This document shows positions 23,941 through 34,993 of a stretch of 64,000 bases of DNA, in pieces (position 1 is the first letter of the stretch; each line of letters opens with the position of its first letter). The notes beneath the pieces were generated by a model. It did no database searches. It was not told the origin of the DNA and saw nothing but the letters and a program-made list of their open reading frames with translations. A program made the position numbers and the translations under genes. The stretch spans positions 327,730 to 391,729 of the forward strand of contig NW_005201851.1 in assembly GCF_000372725.1 (NCBI RefSeq). Reading direction: 5' to 3'. Source of the DNA: Emiliania huxleyi CCMP1516. Its lineage: Eukaryota.

Positions 23941-24050
23941 GCGCCCGGCGTGTGTGTATACCGCAAGCCCACAAAAATCAAAAAAATAAACGTCGGGCAA
24001 ATCGTGGGAATTTTTGCCCATTAAAAGAAATCGCGCGAGCAACACTGTGT

Positions 24051-25997
24051 ATGAAGCCCTCCCTCGGGCCATCCGCCGCGCCGGACACGCCTAGTAGTGT
24101 GCGCTGCCTCTTGGATCTGCCTCCCGAGTGCCTCGCGCTCGTGCTCGCCTCTCTGGCGGTGCGGGACGTGCTCGCCGCTGCCGCCACGTGCCCCGCGCTC
24201 AAGGTGGCGGCCGACGACCCCATCCTCTGGCGAAACCTCCTGTGGCAAGTCTGGATCGCAACCGCCGCGCGCGGGGCCGAGAAGGCGGACTTTGCCGCGC
24301 GCCTGCTTCGCTACCAGCAGGCGTCGTCCATGCGGGCGGGCGTCGGACCAGACAGCACCGGGGCCGCCGTCGAGGCGGAGCTGCCTGAGCGCCCGAGCGA
24401 GGCGCGCCCGCTGCCGCTCTCGCAGTGGCTGCGGAGCTACGACGCGCCGGACGCGGCGCTGGCTGGAGTGTGGCGGCAGCGCCTGATGTGGAGCGGCAGC
24501 ACCGACCAGTGCCACGGCGACACGGTGGGCTGCGCGTGCGTGCACGGCTCCCCGACGCCGCAGCCGTTTGGGTCGGGGCGAGTGGTGTACTACGAGGTGC
24601 GGGTGCTCAGTCAGGGAGAGCACGGGTTCATCGCAGTCGGGTGGAGCCCCGAGGGCTTCCCGTCCAAGAACAAGCAGCCCGGGTGGGTGAGGCACACATA
24701 CGGCTACCACGGTGACGACGGCCACGTCTACTCGAGCTTCGGGTACGGCCGCCGCTTCGGCGCCCCCTTCGGCACCGGCCGCACCGTCGGCACTGGGCTG
24801 GTGCTGCCTCCGCCGGGCGCTCCCCCGGACCGCTGCCACGGCAGCCTTCTCTTCAAGGCGTGGAGGCGTGGAGGGCGTGTCTTCACACCCGCAGCCGTGA
24901 ACAGGCGCCATCTTCTTCACGGTCGACGGCGAGCTCTGCGGCGCCCCCTTCCCCTCCGTGCCGGCGCCCACGCTCCTCCGGCCGGCGGTGGGCGTGCACT
25001 CTGTCGGCGAGCAGGTCGAGCTCCACTTTGGAGACGGCGCGGCGAGCGTCATCGCGGCGTCGCCGCCGCGCCGGCCGTCGCCCTTCGCCTTCGACCTCGC
25101 CGAGTACTGCGCGCGCGAGGGCGGGGCGGTGCGCGCCCCAGCGGCGGCGGCGGCGGGGCGGGCGAGGGATCGCGAGGCGGCGCAAAGCTCCCACCCGCGG
25201 CTGCAGGCGGAGAGGAGGAGACCCATACCAGCCACCATGCGTACCCCCCCCGTCTAGCGAGAGCTCGCACCCGGGGCCGCGGCAGGCGGAGGAGGAGGGG
25301 GGAGGGGAGTAGCCCTCCTCCCAAGAAAAGCCGCCACCCGCTGTCTTGCGCTGACTGGCGCCCCGTCACCATTCGACAGAGTCCCCCCCCTCCCTCCCCG
25401 AGCGTGCAGGCGTCGCTCGAGCAGATGCTGCCGTGGGTGAGGCGGCGAGGTTGAGCCGCCTCCCCCTCCCGGCGACCCTTCCGAGCCCTAGGGGCCGCGC
25501 GCACAGGTGCTGCACGAGGTGCTGCAGCTCGCCTTCCTGCAGGAGCCGCCCGAGGGCGACGACTACCACGAGCTGCAGCGCTTCGCGCGGAGCCACCACC
25601 CACTCAGCCTGCACCCGAGCTGGGGCGAGATATAGCCGAGATATAGCCGAGATATAGCCGAGATAGCCGAGAGCCTGCACCCGAGCTGGGGCGTGCCGAC
25701 GCTCGTCGAGCCGGCGCAGCACACGCTGTGAGCAGCGACTCTTCACACCCGCACGTGTGAGCAGGCGTGCCGACTCTCTATATCTCGGCTATATCTCGGC
25801 TATATCTCGGCTATATCTCGGCTATATCTCCGCACGTGCGAGCAGGCGTGCCGACCCTCGACGAGCTGCAGCCCGAGCAGCTGCAGCAGCTGTGCAAGCA
25901 GCTCCTCACGCGCTTCGCGCAGCGGCACGCCCTCGAGGACTACGACGGCGCCGCGCCCTCCGACGAGGAGAGCGACGACGAGGAGGACGGCCAGTGA
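24051..25997 (+). CDS. F-box + SPRY (RanBP9/10-type) domain protein, multi-exon
   Basis: LLDLPPECLALVL F-box; YYEVRV...IAVG...QPGW...YGYHGDDG SPRY. A GC-AG intron at 24841-24904 restores GAIFFTVDGE...PAVGVHSVGEQVELHFG. The 3' exons are approximate. Confidence 0.85.
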
Positions 25998-26269
25998 GGG
26001 CTCCGGAGGAGTCGCAAGGGCGCAAGGGCGCCCTTGAGAAGGGGATGCCCGGCGGGCGCGCCCTTGTACAGAAGCTCTTCGTTAGCGCTCTCCCGCACGA
26101 GGCCGACATGCTTAGTGATACCAGCCCGTGATGCCAAAGCCCGCAGCTGCGCGGGCGCGAGATGGCCTCGACGCTCCGAGCCGCGTCATTGAGCCTCTGA
26201 GCCTCGCGCAGCGGCAATCGGGACTGCTGGGCGGAAGACAGCGACCTGGGAGTGAACCTGGGTGGAGTT

Positions 26270-26386
<117 letters not shown>

Positions 26387-26442
26387 GGAGTCCGCTAGGG
26401 TTTTTTTTTCGCAAGCTCGCCCCTCGGCTAGTCGTGTTACTC

Positions 26443-27264
26443 ATGCACCTGGCCGCGCTCTGCACCCTTGCGCTGCATCCGACGCTCCGCCCAGCGTTGC
26501 CTTGCGCCCGAGCGGCGTCGGCAACGATGGCGCTCGAGGGCGTGCCGCCAGAGCTCGCGAAGCAGGTGGTCGAGGCTGAGGCGCGGGCGGCTACGGGCCG
26601 CACGCCCAGAGTTGCAGGCACGGCTGTGCTCGGCCTTCTCGCTGCGGCGAGCGCCGCCGTCGCGGCAGGCTCCCTAGCAGGCAACGAGCAGGCGGCGGCG
26701 TTGGCGGAGGACGTGCTGCCGTTTGGCTCTGCACCCTTGTCCCTGCTCCTCGACGCTGGCGTCGGCGGGGCCTGCCTGTGGGCCTACGCGCAGGAGATGC
26801 AGACCCGCGACGAGAATCTCGATCGCATCTGGACCGAGCTGCAGCAGCGGCGTGCTGCCGCCGGCGGCGCAAATCGCGCAGAGAGGCGCGCCAAGAAGGT
26901 GGCCCGAGAGCGTGTCTTCACGGGCGGTGGCGGCTTTGCAGCCTCGCCTCCTCCTCCGCCGCCTCCGACGCCGGCGTCGCCCCTTTCGCCGCCGTCGGCG
27001 GGAGCCGCGTCGGAGCAAGATGGCGGCGGCTTGCTTTCTAGCGTGAAGGATTTCTGGAACGAGGCAAACGAGCTGGGGCGTGCAGGGGCGCTCAATCTTA
27101 ATGCCCAGCTCGAGGAGCAGGGCGTGCTGCCTGCGCTGGAGCCACTCGACGAGGCAGCGGGAGCTGTTGCGGGCGGCGATGAATCGCCGCGAGCCGAGGC
27201 AGCGGGCGCCGGCGTGGCTTCCGCGAAGCGCGGCGGCGGCAAGAAGAAGCGGAAGCGGCGCTAG
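26443..27264 (+). CDS. Hypothetical membrane protein, possibly plastid-targeted
   Basis: N-terminus resembles a signal peptide plus transit peptide (MHLAALCTLALHPTLRPALPCARAASATM); two hydrophobic segments; basic C-terminus. Confidence 0.65.
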   Translation: MHLAALCTLALHPTLRPALPCARAASATMALEGVPPELAKQVVEAEARAATGRTPRVAGTAVLGLLAAASAAVAAGSLAGNEQAAALAEDVLPFGSAPLSLLLDAGVGGACLWAYAQEMQTRDENLDRIWTELQQRRAAAGGANRAERRAKKVARERVFTGGGGFAASPPPPPPPTPASPLSPPSAGAASEQDGGGLLSSVKDFWNEANELGRAGALNLNAQLEEQGVLPALEPLDEAAGAVAGGDESPRAEAAGAGVASAKRGGGKKKRKRR

Positions 27265-27548
27265 TTACAGTGCGCAGACCGCTAGTTGAGCGGGAGGGGG
27301 CGGGAGGTCACGTGCATGTGAAATGATTGATGGTGACATTATTCTTGTGTCTGTAAGCTTGATGTCTGTAAGCCTGAAATATCCGCGCCAAACCGGCAAC
27401 CGCAAATATATAATTTTCCAGATTCCACACCCAGCGGTGCAGACGGGCCCCTCCACACCCTTGTCCCTTCATGTAATCACATGTAGCGGTCCCCACATCC
27501 GCAATCGTGGGATCGCTTGTCATGTGAGAGAGTGCGTTGTGTTCTTGT

Positions 27549-28049
27549 ACTTGGAGCACTTGGAGTGCAGTCATCAACCTCACATCCAGGGCCGGGGAAG
27601 CTATAAGAAGCGCACCCAGCGGGCCGGATGATCGGCATCGGGTTACGGGCTAGAGAGCCCTAGCCCTGGGGGGTGCGCGTTCGCAGGGAAAGGGCCATAA
27701 AGTAAACACGGTTCTCCGAGGGTTGGACCCGCGTACCGGGTTTCCCCTTAACTGCAGGACGCCCCCTCTACTCGGAGCTAGTGGATCTTGTTTTTTGTCG
27801 CTTTCTCTCGTAAAACTTGGAGCACTTGGAGTGCAGTCATTAACCGCACATCCAGGGCCAGGGAGCTAAGAAGCGCACCCAGCGGGCCGGATGATTGGCA
27901 TCGGGTTGCGGGCAAGAGAGCCCTAGCCCCGGGGGTGCGCGTTCGCAGGGAAAGGGCCGTCCGTAAAATAAACACGGGTCTCCGAGGGTTAGTACCGCGC
28001 TCCAGGTTTCCCCTACCTAGCAGCAGAACGCCCCCTCTACTCGGAGCTA
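27549..28049. repeat. Diverged tandem duplication of a ~230-bp non-coding unit
   Basis: ACTTGGAGCACTTGGAGTGCAGTCAT...CCCCCTCTACTCGGAGCTA at 27549-27780 and 27815-28049; 5' part again at about 51852-51888. Confidence 0.9.
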
Positions 28050-28457
28050 ATAAACACCAGACAAGGACACGCGACGACACACACACACTCCCCCTTGGCG
28101 ACGGCGTCGTTAAAACGCTTTCTCTCTGGTGTACCTGTGTTAGTGCCAGTGCGCGCCAGTCCCGTGCCCAGTGTTCTGCGAGGGAGTCGCGTTGTAAAAT
28201 TCTTTGCCCCCGGGGGCCCCCCGGCCGGGGTTGAAGCAAGCACCGTCCACAAGGCACAGCTCTGCTGCAAACCATAAATGCACTCTCACTCTACCTGGAC
28301 CCGTCGCCGCCGGCCGCTCTCACAGCGTCCGTCGTCGGTCGTGCTGGTCGGCATCGACTCCGCCAGTAAAAAAGGTGAGGCGGCCGTGCGACGGCTGACG
28401 GCTGAAAGTCCACCGAAAGCTGCGTCGCTCATTCGTCACCGTGTCTTGGCGCGGCAG

Positions 28458-30285
28458 ATGCTGCCCTTGGCCGTCGCCGCCTTCGCTGCCATCGCCGCCG
28501 CCACCGCCGCTGTCCTTCTGCGCGTGCTGGATCCAGCCGTGACCACAGTGCCAATGACCCGAGTGAGCCGTCCAACGGCAATGGAGGTGGAGGAGACGGC
28601 AGAGGCGGTGGCAGTGGCGGCGGAGGAGGCGGAGGCTGTGGTGGTGGCGGCTGTTGAGGTGAGGAGGGCTGCTGCGGGAAACGCGTGCGCGGGCTCGCCG
28701 CTCGTCGTCTCCCGGCCAGATCTGAACCAGGACTCGGAGGGAGGCCGCTGCGTGCAGAGCGCATCCAACGCGAGCGCCCTCCCCTCCTCGCAAGAGCTGC
28801 CTGCTTTAGCCCCAGCCGCTTCGTCTGTGAGGTTTCGCGGCATCTCAGTCAGCACTGCAGCTGCCTCACCCCGGGTCGCATCCCACACAAGCAGCTGTGA
28901 GCGGGTCCAGACCAGGCAGGCGGCGCGGCGCGGCGAGGAGGCGGCGGGCACGGAATGGGCAGGGGGGGGCATCTCTCGGCGGCCTGCAAGCGTGAGTGGT
29001 CACGGCGGCAACGGTGCTGGCAGCGGCGGTGGCGAAGGCGGTGGCGACGGCGACGACGGTGGTCCATACAAGCAGCAGCCTCTTGGGGGTAGTGCTCGCC
29101 AGGCCGCCATCGCTGCGGGTGGCGGCGCCGTGGCCGCCGTCCTCGCAACGGCTCTCTCGGCCCAGCGTCGTTCCCTCGCCGTGAGTGCCCGAGATTATCC
29201 AAGGATGTCGCTTCCGCCCCACCGACTCTCCTCGCTTCCGCCGCCGCCATCACCGCCGCCGCCATCACCGCCGCCGCCATCACCGCCGCCGTCACCGCCA
29301 CCGCCTCCGCCTCCGCCTCCGCCTCCGCCTCAGCCTCAGCCTTCGCCTTCGCCTTCGCCTTCGCCTTCGCCTTCGCCACCGCGACCACCACCGCCGCCAC
29401 CACCGCCGCCACCACAACTGCTGCCGCCGCCCCCCCCACCGCCGCCGCCACCAATGCCACCGCCGCCGCCAAGAACACCATCGCCGCGAAGGCAAGCGTC
29501 ACGACGGCCGCTAGCGCCTCCGCCTTCGGCAGCGCTACCGCGCCCGCCACCGCGCCCGCCACCGCGCCCGCCACCGCGCCCGCCACCGCGCCCACCACCG
29601 CCTCCGCCACCGAGTCCGAAGGCGAGAGCATTCTCGGCGCTGCCCGCGCCGCCGGCAGTGCCACCCGGCGAGGAGGGCGTGAGGGGGGTCGTGCGCGGCC
29701 GTCCCCGCTCTGGTGCTCGTCCGCCTCCACCTCGCTACGCCGCGGCGCTCGCCAGGATCGCGCCCTAGATGCGGAACGGATCCCACATCGCCCCGTATCT
29801 CCCCCATATCTCGAGCCCTAGATGCGGACACGCTCTGTATTCCGACAGACGACACGTACTCGACCAACCGTGCTCCGCTGTATACCCGTAGCCCGTGCAC
29901 ATGCGGTGCTCGGAATGCCGGACGGTGTGCTGCATTCACAACGTATAGGCTCGCGGCCCGCGCCGCGAGCAGAGCTGCGCTGCGCCTCGTCCGCGGGCTG
30001 AACCGCAGAGCCTCTCGCCTCCTGTCCGGCGGGGGAGCGGCCAGCCTGCTCGCTCTCGCGGCGGCGGTGGCGCTTCGCGACGCGTGGCGACAGCAACGTC
30101 TCGACCTCCTACTCTCCCAGCCGGATTTGGTCGGCAGCGTCGGCCTGCTTGCTGTCGCAGCCTTATCGGCGACGGCGGGGCCGCCGCCTGGCATCGCTAC
30201 CGCTCTGGCAATGGCTGTGGCCGTGGCCAGCGGCGGGTGGGAGGCTATGCGTGCGCTACTCCGTTCTCTCCCTCGCGACCGTTGA
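28458..30285 (+). CDS. Proline-rich (extensin-like) secreted or membrane hypothetical protein, probably spliced
   Basis: Hydrophobic N-terminus MLPLAVAAFAAIAAATAAVLL; SPPPP and RPPP tracts; downstream hydrophobic exon at about 29820-30285. Confidence 0.5.
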
Positions 30286-30367
30286 GCACCACTTGTGCAT
30301 GTGACATGTTGTTGTTAAAAAAAGTTGGTTCTTGACTTCAAAGTCAAATCTCAAAAAACACCATTTA

Positions 30368-31432
30368 GGCTAGTGCCATTTCACTCTGACACGCTAATCT
30401 TGAAAACGTCTCCAACGGAGCTCCGTGTTGCTTCCAGCGCCCTCCCCCGCGCTCCCTGCGGCCATGGCCGATGCTCCTAGAAGGAGAGGTCATCTGGCTA
30501 CCGCGAGAGCGACCCAACTCGTCGACATCGTCCGATGATGGTGCCGCAAAGTCAGCCTTCGGAGGCTATCGTGGGGTCGAGCCGCCGGCAGTAGCCGTGA
30601 CATGTGGTTCCACCACCCCTCGTAGGCTTTGCCTCTGACCGCCACCGTTCCCAGGCTGCCTAATGTGGGATGGAAAGGAAGGCTGGGAGAGCGTATATAG
30701 AAGCGTGCCCGACCTCGTCGTGGCAACCTGTACGGCAGCGCTGGTAGGCGCGATGAGCGTCGTGCCACCTGACCCGAGACGGGTCGCAGGCGTCGTACCG
30801 AGCGCGTCGAGACCGTGTCCTGATGTGATCTGCACGGGTGAGTCACGTCGGCGTCAAAGGAGCGACGTGCGACCTGTCAGAGCTTGATCTCCAATCTCAG
30901 CGGCGTCGAGTCGTCTCCGGCGGCGACAATTTTGTCCCTCCCCAGGACGCGCAGAGGCAGCTGAGATTGGAGATCAAGCTCTGACAGGTCGCACGTCGCT
31001 CCTTTGACGCCGACGTGACTCACCCGTGCAGATCACATCAGGACACGGTCTCGACGCGCTCGGTACGACGCCTGCGACCCGTCTCGGGTCAGGTGGCACG
31101 ACGCTCATCGCGCCTACCAGCGCTGCCGTACAGGTTGCCACGACGAGGTCGGGCACGCTTCTATATACGCTCTCCCAGCCTTACTTTCCATCCCACATTA
31201 GGCAGCCTGGGAACGGTGGCGGTCAGNNNNNNNNNNNNNNNNNNNNNNNNNNNNNNNNNNNNNNNNNNNNNNNNNNNNNNNNNNNNNNNNNNNNNNNNNN
31301 NNNNNNNNNNNNNNNNNNNNNNNNNNCGGGGTCGCAGCTGCCTCTGGAAGGCACCGAGAGGGACAAAATGGCGCAAATGGTCAAATCAAGGTTTTGTAAC
31401 GCGAGCTGTGCCACAGTGAAATGGCACTAGCC
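30368..31432. mobile_element. Non-autonomous TIR element (PIF/Harbinger-like ends) containing a long internal inverted repeat
   Basis: 18-bp perfect TIR GGCTAGTGCCATTTCACT (30368-30385 / 31415-31432), 23/25 when extended; flanks TTA / GTA; includes an assembly gap. Confidence 0.7.
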
Positions 31433-31810
31433 GTACGGCAAAAAACGCCCGCTGGCAGCTGGCAACCCTAGTGGCAACCCCTTGGTTGGGGTGGTACGTA
31501 CGTACGGCGGCCTAGACGGGGGACGACGGCGGCTGGCGTTCGCGAGGCCCCCGGCCCCGCCCGCCAGGCGCATACGATTTACGAATGCATGTTACACCGT
31601 GCGCATGTTCGAGCATGTGCATGTGCATGTGTGCATACGATTAGAGGTTTGATCTCGCCCCCCGCGCGGACCCGGACGGCGACCGCGTGCGGCGAGATGC
31701 GCTCATCCGAATTAAGGCGGTCCACCGCACACTACACACGAGCATGGTCCACGCTCTCACTCGATCTCACGACTCACCTCTGCGCTCTGGACAGGATAAG
31801 CACGTCCGTC

Positions 31811-33409
31811 TCATACAAACTTGTCTGCCAAGAACTTGGCCATGACAGCGACTCCGAGAAGGCCAAGGGCCGCCGCAGCCCATGTTATTGGCGCGCGGAT
31901 CGCCGTGCGTAGCTTCTCCCCGGCGAGGATGAAGGTGACCGAGGGCACGATGAGGAAAATAAGGTCCCCAGAAGTCGAGCCGAGAAAGTCGACGACGGTG
32001 CCAAGGTCGGAGACGAACAGTGCGATTCCGACGACGACAGAAACGTACGCAAGCACGGCGACGCGGTCGAGGGTGGACGTGATGAAGAGCGAGTCCCCGA
32101 GCGCTTCGGTCTCGGGCGCCTCCTTGAGCGAGATTACCGTGCTAAAGGTTGCGAGCGTCGCAGGGAGGTTGGTGCTGAGCGAGCTGCTAATCGTCATTTT
32201 GATGCTGCGCTGCGGCCCGATGCGCTCCTCCTTCCGCTTCGTGCACATCTCGATCACTGAGACGACGTTGAGGCGAGACGGGTAGGCCTGCAACGGCACG
32301 GTGCTAAGCACGGCGACGGCGAGCGCGACTCTCACGGCGGCAACCGCAACAGAATCCGCCGGGTAGGAGTTGAGCACGTTGCTCGAGACGAGGCTGCCAA
32401 ACGTGAGGTATCCGGCTGTGGCCACGATGGAGTAAAAGGAAAAGATTAGTGCCATTGCCAGGCCAACTGTCTTGGCCTTTCGCACCGGGGTCGGCTCCTC
32501 CAGCTCCGCCAGGATGGTGAACGTGTTGTGAACGCAAAAGTAGGCCAGGATGAAGGAGGGCAGCTTGCCAAAGCACTGCGCCGTCGAGCCGAGCAGCACG
32601 ATCTCCGATGTACACGTTCCCGCTGGATCGTCCAAACACGCCGCCTTGCAAGGCGACGACATGAACACCGAGGATGCGGGCGGGTCGCTGACCCCCTGTC
32701 CGCCGCAGGGGTCGAGCAGGGAAGGCGCGACGTAGAAGCTGAGGATCGTGGTCACGGCGAGCATGAGGCAGCTCACCGAGAGGAGCGAGACGATACGCAA
32801 AGAGTCCATCGAACGCAGGAAGCAGAGGGGCACATAGTAGCACGCCGACGCGAGGAGAAAGACCTTGCGCGGGATCTGAGGGAAGGTGCTCGTGACATTG
32901 TCTGCGGCGACGATCACGTACGTCAGAGCCGCGCCAATCACAAAGACGACGAGGCAGATGGACACAAAGGCCCCCGAGCCCGGCAGCACGGCATTGCACA
33001 GGTCAAACATCGTCGGTAGCTCCAGCCCCGCTCGCATGGCTGCGGATTCGAGCAGAAAGATAGCCAGGCAGGCCAGGCAGGCCCCCAAAATACCGAGTGC
33101 CCAACCGCCAAACAAGCCAGCCTCCGCGTATGCCCCTGGCAATGCGAGGATCCCGGTCCCCATGCACGTTGCTGCGATGGAGATGATGGCGGAGAACATG
33201 GACGCTCCCTTGCCTTGTGCGCCACTCGCAGCGGTCACATCGATGAACTGTGTCGTTCTCCGTGTCATGTTGGTCGTGATTGTGTACCGCTCGTTCTCCG
33301 GGATGTGTGCAAATCTCACAGCGGCGCGAACCTTGTTTCCGGCGGCCTTAAGCCGCGGGGGCGGCGCCTTCTCGACGCCGACCACCACCGCGTCGCCCGC
33401 CGTCTGCAT
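31811..33409 (-). CDS. Amino-acid transporter (Aa_trans; AVT/SLC38-like)
   Basis: Intronless 532 aa with about 11 TM segments; GASMFSAIISIAATCMGTGILALPGA and AGYLTFGSLVSSNVLNSYP motifs. Confidence 0.93.
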   Translation of the reverse strand: MQTAGDAVVVGVEKAPPPRLKAAGNKVRAAVRFAHIPENERYTITTNMTRRTTQFIDVTAASGAQGKGASMFSAIISIAATCMGTGILALPGAYAEAGLFGGWALGILGACLACLAIFLLESAAMRAGLELPTMFDLCNAVLPGSGAFVSICLVVFVIGAALTYVIVAADNVTSTFPQIPRKVFLLASACYYVPLCFLRSMDSLRIVSLLSVSCLMLAVTTILSFYVAPSLLDPCGGQGVSDPPASSVFMSSPCKAACLDDPAGTCTSEIVLLGSTAQCFGKLPSFILAYFCVHNTFTILAELEEPTPVRKAKTVGLAMALIFSFYSIVATAGYLTFGSLVSSNVLNSYPADSVAVAAVRVALAVAVLSTVPLQAYPSRLNVVSVIEMCTKRKEERIGPQRSIKMTISSSLSTNLPATLATFSTVISLKEAPETEALGDSLFITSTLDRVAVLAYVSVVVGIALFVSDLGTVVDFLGSTSGDLIFLIVPSVTFILAGEKLRTAIRAPITWAAAALGLLGVAVMAKFLADKFV

Positions 33410-33864
33410 ATCGCCTCGGAGCTAGTGCATGACGGCTCTCGGCTGGCTGGACGGACGAGTGTGATCACGCATGAGGCGTTACCTTCTTTTGTCTGAGTGA
33501 GTGTGCCAGCAATCGCCATTCCCGCAAGCGGTCTCTACCCACCCTCTCATGGGGGCCCTACTACTGCTACGCGCGGCGTTAGATAAAAAATCTCTCTCAC
33601 ATGGACATGAAGGGCCGGAGGGAAGAAATCGTGCGCGAATGCCGGGGTCAGTTATCCGACACAGCGTCATCCATGTATCAAACCATATGTGAATGAGTTG
33701 ACCACTCTACAGCGCAGCATCTTTTATTTATTTTTCTCGCACGCGCCGCCCGGGCCCTTTTTGGGGCTTGGTTAGGGTCATATCGTCGTGGACTCTCACT
33801 ACTGGGAGTGGTTTGCTATCAAGCCATCTCGAGCTCTCGGTTGCTATTTGCTCCGCTGAACGCG

Positions 33865-34866
33865 ATGGCAAAGGCATTGCCTACCGGCAAAGTAAGGCAG
33901 GCTGCGGAGTTTCGAGCGATACCTAAGCTGTGGTACATGCCTTTCTCCCTGAACTCCGCGAAGGCCGCGATGTGCCTGCGCCTCTCTTCCGTGAACGAGG
34001 CTGCTGAGCGCGTGGACCTGGGCGTCGAGGGGCAGTACGATTTCGAGTGTGCCCAGCTGAACCCAAACATGACAGTGCCTTTCTTGGAGGTGGAAGATAA
34101 AGTCATCACCGACTCCCGGCTGATAGCAGACCACCTCTTCCAGAAGTATCCCGGCGCTGGCGATCGCAAGGCCATCAGTGAGGGCCAGAAGGAATCGGTC
34201 ATTGCCTTCGTGGACACGATTGCCGAATGGGACGAGGCGGTGTGGTGTTTTACGCATATCGGCGAACAAGCAAGCATGGCAAACATACCCAGGTACATGA
34301 AGTTGCACCAGCAAGCCCTATTGGCCAACCAGAAGGGTTCGGAGCTGCCGCTCGTGGACGGCATGAGCATGGAGGACGTCTACTTAAAGAAGATAGCGGG
34401 CCTCCGCTACTTTGAGTCGATGCTAGGTTCGGATCCGGGGGCTGAGGACTACCAACGAAATAATGAGATTGTCTATGAGCAGATCTGGGCGAAAGCCAAC
34501 GAGCTCCTGGCGACACGTCAATCACAAGACTTCTTGTTCGGGGCCGAACTCACGACTGCTGATGCGCTGTTCGTTCCCTTCCTCTACAGGATCGGGTTCG
34601 TTGCGAAAGTGAATCTCGAAGAGAACTTCCAGCAGTATCCACGCGTGCGACAGTACTGGCAGCAGGTGCAAGCGACCAAAGAAGCAAAGTGTGTCACAGC
34701 CTACGGGAAACAGTTTGTTGCTAAAGTGATGCTGCAAGCTTGCCTCCCATGCAAGATCGCAAGCTTTAAGTGCGGCGGTAGGAAGTACGCGGCGCTACCC
34801 GCAGAGATGAATCGGAAGATCGAAGCTTTCATCGACGAGAAACGGAAGGGCCACCTTTCTAAGTAA
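33865..34866 (+). CDS. Glutathione S-transferase family protein, GDAP1-like
   Basis: GST-N: LWYMPFSLNSAK...LNPNMTVPFLEVEDKVITDSRLIADHL. GST-C: FLFGAELTTADALFVPFLYRI. Long insert between the domains. Confidence 0.85.
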   Translation: MAKALPTGKVRQAAEFRAIPKLWYMPFSLNSAKAAMCLRLSSVNEAAERVDLGVEGQYDFECAQLNPNMTVPFLEVEDKVITDSRLIADHLFQKYPGAGDRKAISEGQKESVIAFVDTIAEWDEAVWCFTHIGEQASMANIPRYMKLHQQALLANQKGSELPLVDGMSMEDVYLKKIAGLRYFESMLGSDPGAEDYQRNNEIVYEQIWAKANELLATRQSQDFLFGAELTTADALFVPFLYRIGFVAKVNLEENFQQYPRVRQYWQQVQATKEAKCVTAYGKQFVAKVMLQACLPCKIASFKCGGRKYAALPAEMNRKIEAFIDEKRKGHLSK

Positions 34867-34993
34867 GCGCGACACTTGTCATGTTGCTGTATGCGCTGTA
34901 GGCGTTATAATAAGGAGTTTTGCTGTATGCGCCATTGTAGGCGTTATAATAAGGAGTTCGAAAAGAAAAAAATGCCTTTGCGGGAGGCAGGTA

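Noticed and set aside
34884..34958. Short two-copy tandem duplications (also about 6724-6770, 37045-37117 and 57848-57966)
   Set aside because: Ordinary local duplications with no inserted array or further structure.
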